NCBI GenBank assembly: GCA_963931185.1
Contig: OZ006981.1
Location: 79,311-143,310, forward strand
Direction of reading: 5' to 3'
DNA: 64,000 bases
From: an uncultured Bacilli bacterium
GTDB lineage: Bacteria > Bacillota_I > Bacilli_A > RF39 > UBA660
In this document: positions 53,665 through 63,863 of the stretch, piece after piece
Position numbering within the stretch: the stretch's first letter is position 1
How the letters are laid out: every line of letters begins with the position of its first letter
Notes under the pieces: generated by a model
The model's input: the letters and a program-made list of their open reading frames with translations, nothing else
Told to the model about the DNA's origin: nothing
The model's database searches: none
Position numbers and translations under genes: made by a program

Positions 53665-55782
53665 TCATTTCCTGTTACTATAAAAATTAATTTTTTTTTT
53701 AGCTCTAGATATAGCTACATTTAAAATATTAGAATTAGCAACAAAATCACTTATATCATCATCGACAGTAGAAATAATAATAGTATCCTTCTCTCTTCCC
53801 TGAAATTTATGTACAGTGCTAACTTCAATATTAGATAATTCCGAACTAATTAAATTTACCTGATTATTATATGGTGCGATTACTCCTATATCGGTATATT
53901 CAGATACTAATTCTTTTAATACATCTAATTGTCTTTGATTAGCTTTATCTCTAGAATGATTCCCTTTATTAGTCCTAATTACTCTAATAACATTTTTTTC
54001 ATTATTATCATGTGTCATTATTATTAACTGATTATTATAGAATTTCTTATTACAAAAATTAATTATTTTAGGATGACATCTATAATGTTCTTGTAACAAA
54101 ACAATAGGAATATTATTAATAATTTTTTTAATGCTAGAAAGTAAACTATTTATAGAATAAGAATATCCAATATCTATTGAATATTCATAAAATATTTTAT
54201 CTGTCTTTCTTTTAACACTTTCACTAACAACATTAGGAAGCTGTTTTTCATCACCTATAATAACTGCATATTTTGCTGAAGATAAAGCTAGACTTCCAGT
54301 AACAACATCAATTTGACTAGACTCATCCATAATAATGTAATCAAATTTAAAATCATTATTAAAAGTATTTCTAGATGAGTGAGTAGTACTTAAAATTACT
54401 GGATAATCATTTATAAAATCACTATAATTTTTACTTATATCATCAATTGAATATTTTTTTTGACCATTTATATATTTAGTGAATAAATATTTTTGAAAAT
54501 ATTTCATAGATAACTTAACATATTCATCTTCTTTTTCTTTATTATTTTCAACAAATTGTTCTTTTAATGAAATAGTTTCCCTTAATTCATTTAGTTGAAA
54601 TTGATAAATTATATCTTGAATACTATAAAATATGTTAATGGTATCATTTCTATAAAACTTAAAATTCCCAACTCTATAGATAAAAATATATATTAATTTA
54701 TTCAATAATGATAATCTATCTAAAGATGAAATAGATATCCAAATTTTCTTTAAATTTTTTTTACTATATCTTTTTAATGGTAAAATTCTTATATCTTGAT
54801 TTTCTATTCGTAATTTAAAATATTTATATTCTAACAATAAATCATTTTCTTTTTGAGTTAGGAAAGCAATTTCTCTTTTACTAGCATATACTTCTTTTAC
54901 TATATTGCTAAGATTTTTTAATTCTTTTGAAATATCTAATAAATTTAGATTATCATCACATTTAAACTTAAATTCAAGATCTTTTTGATTTTCAATAAAA
55001 GAATTTTTATTATCTCTTTTTCCTAAAAGCGCTACAAAAAAATCAAGATTATATTTCTTTAGTTTTTCCTCAATATTTTCAATTGCTGCATTATTGTTTG
55101 ATACAACTTGACAATTCATATTTCGTATAAGAAGATTTGCAATTATATTTAGAATAGTCTGTGTCTTCCCTGTTCCAGGAGGTCCTTCAATAACACTAAT
55201 TTTATTATATATAGCATTTCTTACTGCTTTATATTGACTAGTATTACATCCAAAAGGAAATATTAAATCATCAAAATTACTATTCAATTCTATATCGTTA
55301 TTAAATTTAAAATAAGTAGATAATATACTATTTTGTTCGTCAATATCAATCTTTTTCATTTGTTCACTAAGTATTTTTTTACCATCATCAGTATCAAGCG
55401 AAACTATATCAGAAATTTCTTTCATATACGATAAAACAGAATATGGATTTTTTCTTATCTTCTTAATTTCTTTACTATCATACCCTTCAAAAGTATTATT
55501 AGTAAATAATATATGATAATATAAATTATTATTATCAGTAAATACAATAACTTCTTTAACATTTTTAATCTTTTTATTATTCAAAAAAATATCATATTTA
55601 CTCATGTCTACAGAATAACATTTTGTTAGAACTTTAACCCTACTTTTAGAATAAATATATTTTTTTTCATTCTGTCTATATATTATATAATAAACTTGTC
55701 TATCTGGATTATAAACACAAGTTAAAACATTATTTGTTACAATTATATTATCTATAATAATCATTTCTTTTCGAAAATCCAT
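53665..55782 (-). CDS. superfamily-1 helicase, Upf1/DNA2-like (COG1112; AAA_11 + AAA_12) with about 190-aa N-terminal domain of unknown function
   Basis: Walker A IEGPPGTGKTQTILN, motif II IIMDESSQI, motif IV/V HYRCHPKIINFCNKKFY, motif VI STVHKFQGREKDTIIIS, and a long 1B/1C-like insertion. Confidence 0.8.
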   Translation of the reverse strand: MDFRKEMIIIDNIIVTNNVLTCVYNPDRQVYYIIYRQNEKKYIYSKSRVKVLTKCYSVDMSKYDIFLNNKKIKNVKEVIVFTDNNNLYYHILFTNNTFEGYDSKEIKKIRKNPYSVLSYMKEISDIVSLDTDDGKKILSEQMKKIDIDEQNSILSTYFKFNNDIELNSNFDDLIFPFGCNTSQYKAVRNAIYNKISVIEGPPGTGKTQTILNIIANLLIRNMNCQVVSNNNAAIENIEEKLKKYNLDFFVALLGKRDNKNSFIENQKDLEFKFKCDDNLNLLDISKELKNLSNIVKEVYASKREIAFLTQKENDLLLEYKYFKLRIENQDIRILPLKRYSKKNLKKIWISISSLDRLSLLNKLIYIFIYRVGNFKFYRNDTINIFYSIQDIIYQFQLNELRETISLKEQFVENNKEKEDEYVKLSMKYFQKYLFTKYINGQKKYSIDDISKNYSDFINDYPVILSTTHSSRNTFNNDFKFDYIIMDESSQIDVVTGSLALSSAKYAVIIGDEKQLPNVVSESVKRKTDKIFYEYSIDIGYSYSINSLLSSIKKIINNIPIVLLQEHYRCHPKIINFCNKKFYNNQLIIMTHDNNEKNVIRVIRTNKGNHSRDKANQRQLDVLKELVSEYTDIGVIAPYNNQVNLISSELSNIEVSTVHKFQGREKDTIIISTVDDDISDFVANSNILNVAISRAKKKINFYSNRK

Positions 55783-55878
55783 AATTCCTCCTAGTAACTA
55801 TCAATAATAACTAAGATAATCTATGATATATAATAACATAAATACAGAAAATAATGTAGAAAATTAATAAAATTAATA

Positions 55879-56532
55879 CTATCTAACTTTTGTTACCTTA
55901 CCTACATCAAACTTATAAACAATATTAGCAAGTCCATCAATGTCTTCTTTAATATGCGATGCAATAATTATTATTTTTCCCTTTTTACACTCTAGTTTTA
56001 ATAGCTCTCTTAGCTTATTAGAAGTATCTTCTTCTATTCCATTAAATGGCTCATCAAAAATCATTACTTCTGGATCTTCCATCAATACTTGTGCAACACC
56101 TAACTTTTGTTTCATTCCCAATGAATAATTACCAAATTTCTTATCTTTTTCTTCTAGCAAATTAACTTTTTCTAGCGTTTTAATAATTTCACTCGCACCA
56201 ATTTTTCCTTCTATAGCAGCTAACATTTCTAAATTCTCATACCCTGTTAAATCTGAAATAAAACCAGGCTTTTCAATTAATGCTCTAGTATTTTTAGGAA
56301 ATGAATTATTTGCTACAATATCAATACCATCATAAATAACCTTACCATTACTAGGTTTATAAAAACCACACATAATTTTTAAAAGTATACTTTTACCGCT
56401 ACCATTTTTACCAATAAAACCATAAATGTTTCCGCTTTCTAATGTCATATTAACGTCATTTAAAACAATATTTTTCTTGAACTCTTTTGTAATATTTTTT
56501 AATTCTATTTTCATATTAACCTCCATTTTCAA
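55879..56532 (-). CDS. ABC transporter ATP-binding protein
   Basis: Walker A GKNGSGKS, signature-like YSLGMKQKLGVAQ and Walker B IFDEP. Confidence 0.8.
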   Translation of the reverse strand: MKMEVNMKIELKNITKEFKKNIVLNDVNMTLESGNIYGFIGKNGSGKSILLKIMCGFYKPSNGKVIYDGIDIVANNSFPKNTRALIEKPGFISDLTGYENLEMLAAIEGKIGASEIIKTLEKVNLLEEKDKKFGNYSLGMKQKLGVAQVLMEDPEVMIFDEPFNGIEEDTSNKLRELLKLECKKGKIIIIASHIKEDIDGLANIVYKFDVGKVTKVR

Positions 56533-57964
56533 TATTTTCTATAATATCACTATAATATTTTTTAAATATATAACTTATAAACAATAATATTAAAATAAAC
56601 AAAATAATTAAAATTGTCACTGAGAAATTAATAAATGATAAAGTATAACAATAAAATTCACCAATTATTAATGGTACTAATAATAGTTTAATAGAAGAAT
56701 TAGTATAAAACAATAACATACAAAGTAAGTTTACAAACGCTATAACTAATGTAAATGAAAAATCTCCAAAAAATAAATTTAAAATGTCAGAAAATAACAA
56801 AGAAGAAGAAAACATAAATAAAACATAAACTAAAAAATAACTAATAACTTTAATTAAAAATAACATTACGCAAAATAAGACAATTTTAAGTATTAAATAC
56901 TTATTTAAAGAAATTCTTAAAAGTAAAGTAATCTTGCTATTTTTAATGTCTTCAATAAAATTACTGGATATTACATAGAAAAAGAAGAAATTATAAAATA
57001 AAATAAGCAATAATTGAATAATAGAACTAGTATTACTATAATTAAGACCAAATATATTTTTAAAATTATCAATATTAACAATATCGCTAAAAAAGGCAAA
57101 AAAAACATAAAATGATATAAGCATTAAAAAATAGAGAAAAAATAAGCTTTTCTTTTTCTTAATAATCATAATAAGAGTATAAAATACATTTGAAAAAAGT
57201 AAAAACATTTTATTAAAACAAAATTTAATATTGTACATAAATTTCAATATTAAAAGCATTAAAAATATATACGATAAACTAATCATAATTTCTATAAAAA
57301 AGCTATTATAATATAGTGGCAGTAAAAAGTAAGCAATGGATACACCAATATCACTTAAATTAGTAACAATAAAATTACTTGGTACATATAATCCAAAAAA
57401 GAACAGATAAACAAAATATAGAAGAAAAAATAAAACGGATAATTTAACAGATAAATTTTTAAAACACCAAATTTGAATTAAAGAAATTATTAAAATCCAA
57501 ATCAAATTTCTTAATACATAAACTACAACATATAAAATATCATAGGTTCCCCTATTTTCCAAAAAATAAATACCATATCTCAACTTAACAAATATATTTA
57601 ATGAAATTATAACAATTATTACTATCCAAATATATAAAATTATATTTTGAAAAATAACGATGCGAGCGATATTTTTTAAAAAGTTTTTTTCATTTTTCAT
57701 TCTAATTTTAATAAAATCATTATTTAAAAAATAAAATAATATTAAAGTATTAAATAAAAATATAATTAATAACGAAAAAATAGAAAGAGAATTACCAAAA
57801 ATAGTACTTATTATTTCAAAATAACTTAAATGTTCGTTATTTATTCCCATAACTGCACCTAGGAATATAAATGTAATAAAAGATAATAAAATAAGAAGTA
57901 AAAATGAACTTATTTTACTATAATAATTAAAAAAATTAAATTCTTTTTTTAGTTCACTAATCAT
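56516..57964 (-). CDS. polytopic membrane protein (bacteriocin-associated integral membrane/permease-like)
   Basis: 482 aa with more than 10 TM segments; translationally coupled to the neighbouring genes. Confidence 0.5.
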   Translation of the reverse strand: MISELKKEFNFFNYYSKISSFLLLILLSFITFIFLGAVMGINNEHLSYFEIISTIFGNSLSIFSLLIIFLFNTLILFYFLNNDFIKIRMKNEKNFLKNIARIVIFQNIILYIWIVIIVIISLNIFVKLRYGIYFLENRGTYDILYVVVYVLRNLIWILIISLIQIWCFKNLSVKLSVLFFLLYFVYLFFFGLYVPSNFIVTNLSDIGVSIAYFLLPLYYNSFFIEIMISLSYIFLMLLILKFMYNIKFCFNKMFLLFSNVFYTLIMIIKKKKSLFFLYFLMLISFYVFFAFFSDIVNIDNFKNIFGLNYSNTSSIIQLLLILFYNFFFFYVISSNFIEDIKNSKITLLLRISLNKYLILKIVLFCVMLFLIKVISYFLVYVLFMFSSSLLFSDILNLFFGDFSFTLVIAFVNLLCMLLFYTNSSIKLLLVPLIIGEFYCYTLSFINFSVTILIILFILILLFISYIFKKYYSDIIENIENGG

Positions 57965-58877
57965 TTATCATCACAAACCTCTCTTTTTTATAATATAGAA
58001 TAGCTACAAATAAAGTAGATATTAATACATAAAATATTGAAGAGACAATCATCCATTCAAAATTAGAAATTTCCGATCCAAAAACCCAAATTTCTGGATC
58101 AGAAAGAGCAATTGCTAATTCAGATAACTTAAATACTCTTGATAAAATCATCGATAAAAAATTAATAATTGTAATTTGTGTTATAAGATAAAATAAATAA
58201 GTAGCAACACTATTTACTATAAAATTTTTTGTTTTATAAAACATTAGATAAGCCGTATTAATATAATAAATACTATGACATAATACAGAAAAAATCATTA
58301 ATGACAAATATGGTAACCACAAACTTCTAGCATATTCTTTTTGTGTCCAAAAAAAGCCTTCATATTCTATTTCACCAGGTAAATATTGAAATTTAAAGTT
58401 TGACACAATACAAGTAATAAAAAAACAGATAATAATAAATAATGGTAAAATCAAAATAGATTTCATTGATGATAAATAATGTTTTCGAAAAAAAGAAAAA
58501 TAATTTTCTCTAGTGAATTTAAACTTATAAATACCACTTTTAACATCAACGTAAAAATAATAAATACCAGGAATAAAGACAAATAATATTGACAGCAATT
58601 GTAAATATTGAATAGGTCCAAGATTAGGATCCCCCGATGCAATAATATAAATAAACAATAATGGTGCTGGAGGTACTTTATAACTATTTAATTCTTGCTC
58701 TAGTTCTTGGCAATTTTCTATTCCATTATTTAATACGCACTCATTATATGAATCACTAATAAACTTTTTATTATTATTAAAGTTTTTCATAAAATTTGCA
58801 AGTCCAATTAAAAAAATTACAATTAAAATAAGAAGCGATATAATAATTAAAAAATTATTTTTAATAAATTTATTCAT
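57957..58877 (-). CDS. polytopic membrane protein
   Basis: 306 aa with multiple TM helices; overlaps the downstream gene by 8 nt. Confidence 0.5.
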   Translation of the reverse strand: MNKFIKNNFLIIISLLILIVIFLIGLANFMKNFNNNKKFISDSYNECVLNNGIENCQELEQELNSYKVPPAPLLFIYIIASGDPNLGPIQYLQLLSILFVFIPGIYYFYVDVKSGIYKFKFTRENYFSFFRKHYLSSMKSILILPLFIIICFFITCIVSNFKFQYLPGEIEYEGFFWTQKEYARSLWLPYLSLMIFSVLCHSIYYINTAYLMFYKTKNFIVNSVATYLFYLITQITIINFLSMILSRVFKLSELAIALSDPEIWVFGSEISNFEWMIVSSIFYVLISTLFVAILYYKKERFVMIND

Positions 58878-58919
58878 AAAAATCTCCCATTATAAGTAGA
58901 AAAAGTAGAATATATTTTA

Positions 58920-59321
58920 CTAATCAATATACCAAGTTCCAGAATAGTAAACAGAACTTACTAATGGATTGGCAATTTTCAAAGACATAATAAAATTTGC
59001 ATATGTCTTAACATAGTTCTCATTAAAATATACAGTTTCTCCACCACTCAATTCCTTAAATGATGTTGTTAAAGATGTATCAGCGTTAGTAATACGCACT
59101 TTCAAATTTCTATCCAACCATATAACCTTATCTTTACAACTACGCAAGTAAAAAGACTGGGGAGTTGAATTATATTTTTGATGTCTATCAGTTTGATAAA
59201 TTGTGCTAGACCCTGATATAGTATTTCCAGCAAAATACCAATTATTTTCAGCAGCAACCTTTATAGTTGTAATGATTATTGTTGCTAAAAACATAACAAA
59301 AGTAATTTTAAATAATCTCAT
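58920..59321 (-). CDS. small secreted protein, possible lactococcin-972-family bacteriocin
   Basis: Sec signal peptide (cleavage near VAA-EN). About 108-aa mature beta-rich domain with GTW motifs near both ends. Gene context is membrane protein(s) plus ABC ATPase. Confidence 0.35.
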   Translation of the reverse strand: MRLFKITFVMFLATIIITTIKVAAENNWYFAGNTISGSSTIYQTDRHQKYNSTPQSFYLRSCKDKVIWLDRNLKVRITNADTSLTTSFKELSGGETVYFNENYVKTYANFIMSLKIANPLVSSVYYSGTWYID

Positions 59322-59412
59322 ATTTCCTCCTTACAACAAAGTATAAATTCTACTTTTTCCAATTAAAATATAACACTATCCAGCTATATAACATATCTAT
59401 AGTAACTAGAAA

Positions 59413-60102
59413 TTATCTATTTGTAATAGAATCAGAATAATTAAACTGTGAGATAGCTAAATTAATGTCCTGATGATGAAGAACTTTATCTGAAGTAACA
59501 TAATAAACTTCTAAAAACAAATTATTACAAAAGTCATGATCAATATCTGATGAATCATATTCAAAAATTACACTTTCATTTTTAATAAAAATATTATCTG
59601 TTACTTCTTTTTCAAATATTATAGTATCATTAATTTTAAAAAAATACTTGATTTTAACTATATTTGACAAATCATCACCAAGATACTGTAAATTGCTCAA
59701 TATTAAAAATTTATTTTTAGCATTAATATGTATAATCCCTTCTACAGAAAACAATGATGATTCAGACCGAACAATATATATATGAAAATCATAATATCTA
59801 TTTAAACAATTTACGAAAAAAAGGTAAATGACAAAAAATATAATTAAGCTTAAAAATAAGTTAATAACAAGTTTTTTTATTGTATTTTTTTCCTTTTTTT
59901 TGGCACTAAAAAATTCATCGTTGGTAATATTAAATAATTTACAAAAATTATTTATAACAAAAATATCAGGAAGGCTTAATCCATTTTCCCATCTAGAGAC
60001 AGCTTTTCCAGTAACGCAAAGTTTTTCTCCTAATTCTTCTTGCGTTAATCCAGCTTTTTTACGTAAACTAAAAATAAATTTACCTATCTTTTCTTGATTC
60101 AT
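59413..60102 (-). CDS. XRE-family HTH transcriptional regulator with TM segment and C-terminal domain
   Basis: LTQEELGEKLCVTGKAVSRWENG HTH, then a TM helix (LVINLFLSLIIFFVIYLFFV) and an extracytoplasmic domain. Confidence 0.65.
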   Translation of the reverse strand: MNQEKIGKFIFSLRKKAGLTQEELGEKLCVTGKAVSRWENGLSLPDIFVINNFCKLFNITNDEFFSAKKKEKNTIKKLVINLFLSLIIFFVIYLFFVNCLNRYYDFHIYIVRSESSLFSVEGIIHINAKNKFLILSNLQYLGDDLSNIVKIKYFFKINDTIIFEKEVTDNIFIKNESVIFEYDSSDIDHDFCNNLFLEVYYVTSDKVLHHQDINLAISQFNYSDSITNR

Positions 60103-60265
60103 ATTTTCTCCTTTTATTTAACCAATTAAATTTCATAGTTAACTAAGGAAATAAAATATTTAATAATTAAACCAATAAATACAAATATATTTTAGCAAAA
60201 AAATTCAGTTTATGTATTACCAATTTTTGGAAATTATAAACATTTTAACCCATATTATATTTATA

Positions 60266-60300
60266 ATAAAAAAACAGTATTGTTATAAGACACAATACTG
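60266..60300 (-). terminator. rho-independent terminator after sensor kinase
   Basis: Stem cagtattgt/acaatactg with U-run on the minus strand. Confidence 0.5.
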
Positions 60301-60358
60301 CTCTGTCTAACAATAATATACTACATAATTATACAAAAAGCAACAAAAAAGAAACTAA

Positions 60359-61630
60359 TTATTTTTTAGTTCCTTTTTTTATTATAAAAGATACTCCTTT
60401 TCTACTGTTTTCAATAGAAATATCATAGTTTAATAGGTTAAGTGTTTTTTTTACTATCGATAATCCTAAGCCAAATTGTCCATTTATTCCTTTTTTAAAT
60501 GGATTAAAAATATCATTTACTAATTTTTCATCAATGTTAGGACCATCATTAAATAATGTGAGTTTATTATTTTTGACAGTTATTTTAATTTCTTTTTTTG
60601 CATATCTAATAAAATTATTTAGAATATTATCAATAATAGTTTCCCATAAATCAAAAGTTCCACTAAATTTACTATTATCAATTGAAGCATGAATCTTTAC
60701 ATCCTTCCTTTGATATTTAAATTTTTCAATTGAAGCATTAATTACTTCACTAATATCAATTACACTAATTGTTTCATTTTTTTTATCTTTCAAATAATCA
60801 AGTTTATTTAAATACAGAAGTGAGTATACTTTTTTTTCTAGTTTATCGGTTTGTTCCTTAATAACATTTAATGCAGTATCTTTATCTTCGACTCCATCTT
60901 CAACTGCTTCTACATAAGACTTAATAACCGTGAGAGGGGTTTTAAAATCATGAGAAATATTTTGATACATATTATTCTTATATTCTTCCTGTTTTTTCAA
61001 AGATAGTCGCATGTCTTCAATAGATTTAGCTAAAGATTTAATTTCATCATCCGTCTTAAAATTAATTTTATGATCAAAATTATCATTTTCAATATTATCA
61101 ATTTTTAATTTTAACTTTTCGATTTTTCTAACTACTACATTACTCCAAACAAATACTATCAATGCAATTAATAAAAAAGCAATAAGAAATAGAGATATAA
61201 CTGTTACCATAAGGTTTCCATGTATTTTACTTAGATAGTTTTCATTAGCAATAGCAACTTTTGTCGCATTCTCATCTTTAGAAAGATAGTAATAATAAGT
61301 TTTATCATTAAATTCAAAACTTCCATATTCTTTATTCAGCATATTCAAAAGTTCATTTTTATCTACATTAACTATTCTTGTATAATTATTACTAGTATAA
61401 ATTTTTCCATCTAACATATATAAATAAGCAATTTCATTACTAACATTACTTCCCTCTAAATCACTATTTATAATATCAAGTGGATTCTTTAAAGCATTAT
61501 AAATACTAGATTCATATACAGGAGTAAGTGATTTTGGCAAAATAATTCCAACAGTAACTAAAACAATATCAAATATGATTATTAGAATTAATATTAATTG
61601 TCTTCCAAGTTTATTTTCTATATATTTCAT
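60359..61630 (-). CDS. sensor histidine kinase (two TM, extracellular domain, HisKA + HATPase_c)
   Basis: H-box ISHDFKTPLTVIKSYVEA and G-box FGLGLSIVK. Confidence 0.8.
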   Translation of the reverse strand: MKYIENKLGRQLILILIIIFDIVLVTVGIILPKSLTPVYESSIYNALKNPLDIINSDLEGSNVSNEIAYLYMLDGKIYTSNNYTRIVNVDKNELLNMLNKEYGSFEFNDKTYYYYLSKDENATKVAIANENYLSKIHGNLMVTVISLFLIAFLLIALIVFVWSNVVVRKIEKLKLKIDNIENDNFDHKINFKTDDEIKSLAKSIEDMRLSLKKQEEYKNNMYQNISHDFKTPLTVIKSYVEAVEDGVEDKDTALNVIKEQTDKLEKKVYSLLYLNKLDYLKDKKNETISVIDISEVINASIEKFKYQRKDVKIHASIDNSKFSGTFDLWETIIDNILNNFIRYAKKEIKITVKNNKLTLFNDGPNIDEKLVNDIFNPFKKGINGQFGLGLSIVKKTLNLLNYDISIENSRKGVSFIIKKGTKK

Positions 61631-62289
61631 GACAATCTATATCCATAACCATATACTGTTGAAAGATTTAACTTAGGCATTTTTTTACGAAGCCTTCTAA
61701 CTAAATCATCTACTGCCCTATCACTTCCAAAATAATCGTCTCCCCAAATATTTTTTAAAATTTCATCTCTAGAAAAAGTTTTATTTTTATTATTAATAAG
61801 TAATAATAACAAATCAAACTCCAAAGTAGTAAGTTTTATTTCATTTAAATCTTCTTTAACCAACCTTTTATTTAAATCAATTTTATAAGCATCATATAAA
61901 ATTTCTTTAACAGAATCTTTATCTTTATAAATTCTATTTATGAGTTTATTTGTTCTTAAAATCAATTCCTTAGTAGAATAAGGTTTTGCAATATAATCAT
62001 CACTTCCCATTTCAAGGCCAATAATTTTATCAATATCTTTATCCCTGGCAGAAGTAAAAATAACTGGTACAACCTCATCTTTTTCACGGATTGCTTTAAT
62101 AATATCATATCCTGTAATATCATCTTTTAACATTATATCTAATATCCATAAACTAGCGTTATTTCCAATATAATCAATAGCATCTTGCCCTTTAAAAAAT
62201 TGAATTACATTATATCCTTCTTTTTCTAAATATGTCTTTATCAAATTAGAAAGACTTTCTTCATCTTCAACTAAACAAATGGTATACAT
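61627..62289 (-). CDS. OmpR-family response regulator
   Basis: Receiver (CLVEDEE...DIML) plus winged-helix (LTTLEFDLLLLL...VDDLVRRLRKK...GYGYRL). 4-nt overlap with the kinase gene. Confidence 0.85.
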   Translation of the reverse strand: MYTICLVEDEESLSNLIKTYLEKEGYNVIQFFKGQDAIDYIGNNASLWILDIMLKDDITGYDIIKAIREKDEVVPVIFTSARDKDIDKIIGLEMGSDDYIAKPYSTKELILRTNKLINRIYKDKDSVKEILYDAYKIDLNKRLVKEDLNEIKLTTLEFDLLLLLINNKNKTFSRDEILKNIWGDDYFGSDRAVDDLVRRLRKKMPKLNLSTVYGYGYRLS

Positions 62290-62493
62290 ACAATCACCTA
62301 TTTCTTATTATATCATAAATTATCCACATCACCCCATTTCTTTTTTAGTTCTATATAAATACTAAGAATGAATATATTGTTATATTAATTTGATATTTAG
62401 CTCTTATTCGATAATCATCATCTCCTTTTTACATATTCAGTATATAACACAATTGTAGTGAAAATATTTAAATATTGTGGTAAATTATGGGAA

Positions 62494-63522
62494 TTATTGA
62501 ATTTCAAAATTAAAGTTTGAAGTCATCTTTTTTACTAAATTATAACTATCAGCATGACTACAATGGGCTTTCCAAGAATTAAAGCTTAATTGTACTTTTT
62601 TAAAATCTAATTTTTTACTATTAAATAATTTATTCCATTTATTAATCTTTCTTTTTATATCTTTTTTACATCTTTTCCTAACTAAAATATGAGTTTCATA
62701 AATTTTATAACCACAAAAATCAACACCTAATTTATTAGGAAAATAATTAGACTTTTTATTAAGCGTCAAATTTAACTTTTCATCAAGAAATTTTATAATT
62801 ATATTATACATAAGCAAAGATTCTTTTTTGTCTTTTAAAAGCAATACAAAATCATCCATATATCTTATATAATATTTAACTTTTATCTTTTCTTTAAGAT
62901 AATGATCTAACTCATTCAAATAAATATTAGCAAAAAACTGACTAGTATAATTTCCAATTGGTATTCCTATACTACTATCATTATCACTTACTAATAACGT
63001 TTTTGTAAAATTTAAAAGGTATGAATCCTTTATGTATTTTTCCAATATTTTTAAAAGTAAATTATTATCAATACTATAAAAAAATTTTTTAATATCACAT
63101 TTTAAAATATAATAATTTCCATATTTTCTTTTCATAATACGCATATACTTTTGTAATTTTAATACTGCTTTGTGATTTCCTCTGTTTTCAATACATGCAT
63201 ATGAATCTATTATAAACCGTGGAATAATATAAGGTTTTATAAATTCTTCAATATACCATTGATGAACAATCCTATCTTTATATGGTAAAGACTTTATTAT
63301 TCTTTCTTTTGGATATTTAACTATAAATTCTCTATATTTCCCCAATTTGTATTTTCCTTGTTTAATTTCACACATTAAATTAATAATATTACTTTCTAAA
63401 TCTAATTCAAACAAAAGGACTTCTTTTTTATTAGCCTTAGCCTTTTTAGCTCTTTTATGTGCATCTAAAAAATATATATAAGAAAGTTTGTCAAAAAACA
63501 CATTTTTTATTGTCTTGGGCAT
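62494..63522 (-). CDS. reverse transcriptase, diversity-generating retroelement (DGR) type
   Basis: RT motifs 1-7 are present. Motif 4 is IGIPIGNYTSQFFAN, i.e. the DGR-specific [ILV]GxxxSQ instead of QGxxxSP. Motif 5 is YIRYMDDFVLL. 342 aa with no maturase or endonuclease domain. Confidence 0.7.
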   Translation of the reverse strand: MPKTIKNVFFDKLSYIYFLDAHKRAKKAKANKKEVLLFELDLESNIINLMCEIKQGKYKLGKYREFIVKYPKERIIKSLPYKDRIVHQWYIEEFIKPYIIPRFIIDSYACIENRGNHKAVLKLQKYMRIMKRKYGNYYILKCDIKKFFYSIDNNLLLKILEKYIKDSYLLNFTKTLLVSDNDSSIGIPIGNYTSQFFANIYLNELDHYLKEKIKVKYYIRYMDDFVLLLKDKKESLLMYNIIIKFLDEKLNLTLNKKSNYFPNKLGVDFCGYKIYETHILVRKRCKKDIKRKINKWNKLFNSKKLDFKKVQLSFNSWKAHCSHADSYNLVKKMTSNFNFEIQ

Positions 63523-63863
63523 TTACTAATCCAACCACCTAGTAAATTTCCAATATTACATATCTTTTTACTCCATGCATAATAATTTTTAATCGAAATA
63601 TATTTTTTCTTATAAGATACACGAATTAATACTTTTTGCATTTTTAAAATGATATCTAATCTATTCAAATTAATTAATTTTGTCTTATAATCATATTCTT
63701 TAAACGCCGATAAAATACATTTCATTCCATCATAAGTATTATTTTTAATCTGCGTAACTAATGATAGCTTAACACTTTTAGGGTATTTTTCAGTAATAGA
63801 TTCTACATAGTATATTAACTCCAAATACTGTTTATATATAATTAAATCTTCAACTTCTTTCAT
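63507..63863 (-). CDS. avd: DGR accessory variability determinant (Avd; four-helix-bundle protein)
   Basis: 118 aa. YKQYLELIYYVESITEKYPK and C-terminal IGNLLGGWISK parallel the bAvd patterns Y.QMLIVERYERV...P and VGRILGSWIAR. Overlaps the RT start by 16 nt; AAGGAG RBS. Confidence 0.65.
   Translation of the reverse strand: MKEVEDLIIYKQYLELIYYVESITEKYPKSVKLSLVTQIKNNTYDGMKCILSAFKEYDYKTKLINLNRLDIILKMQKVLIRVSYKKKYISIKNYYAWSKKICNIGNLLGGWISKCPRQ

Noticed and set aside
62290-62493. Template repeat (TR) of the DGR in the 204-bp RT-downstream region
   Set aside because: I found no second near-copy (VR) of this segment with adenine-specific mismatches anywhere in the window by eye, so TR/VR remain unassigned.
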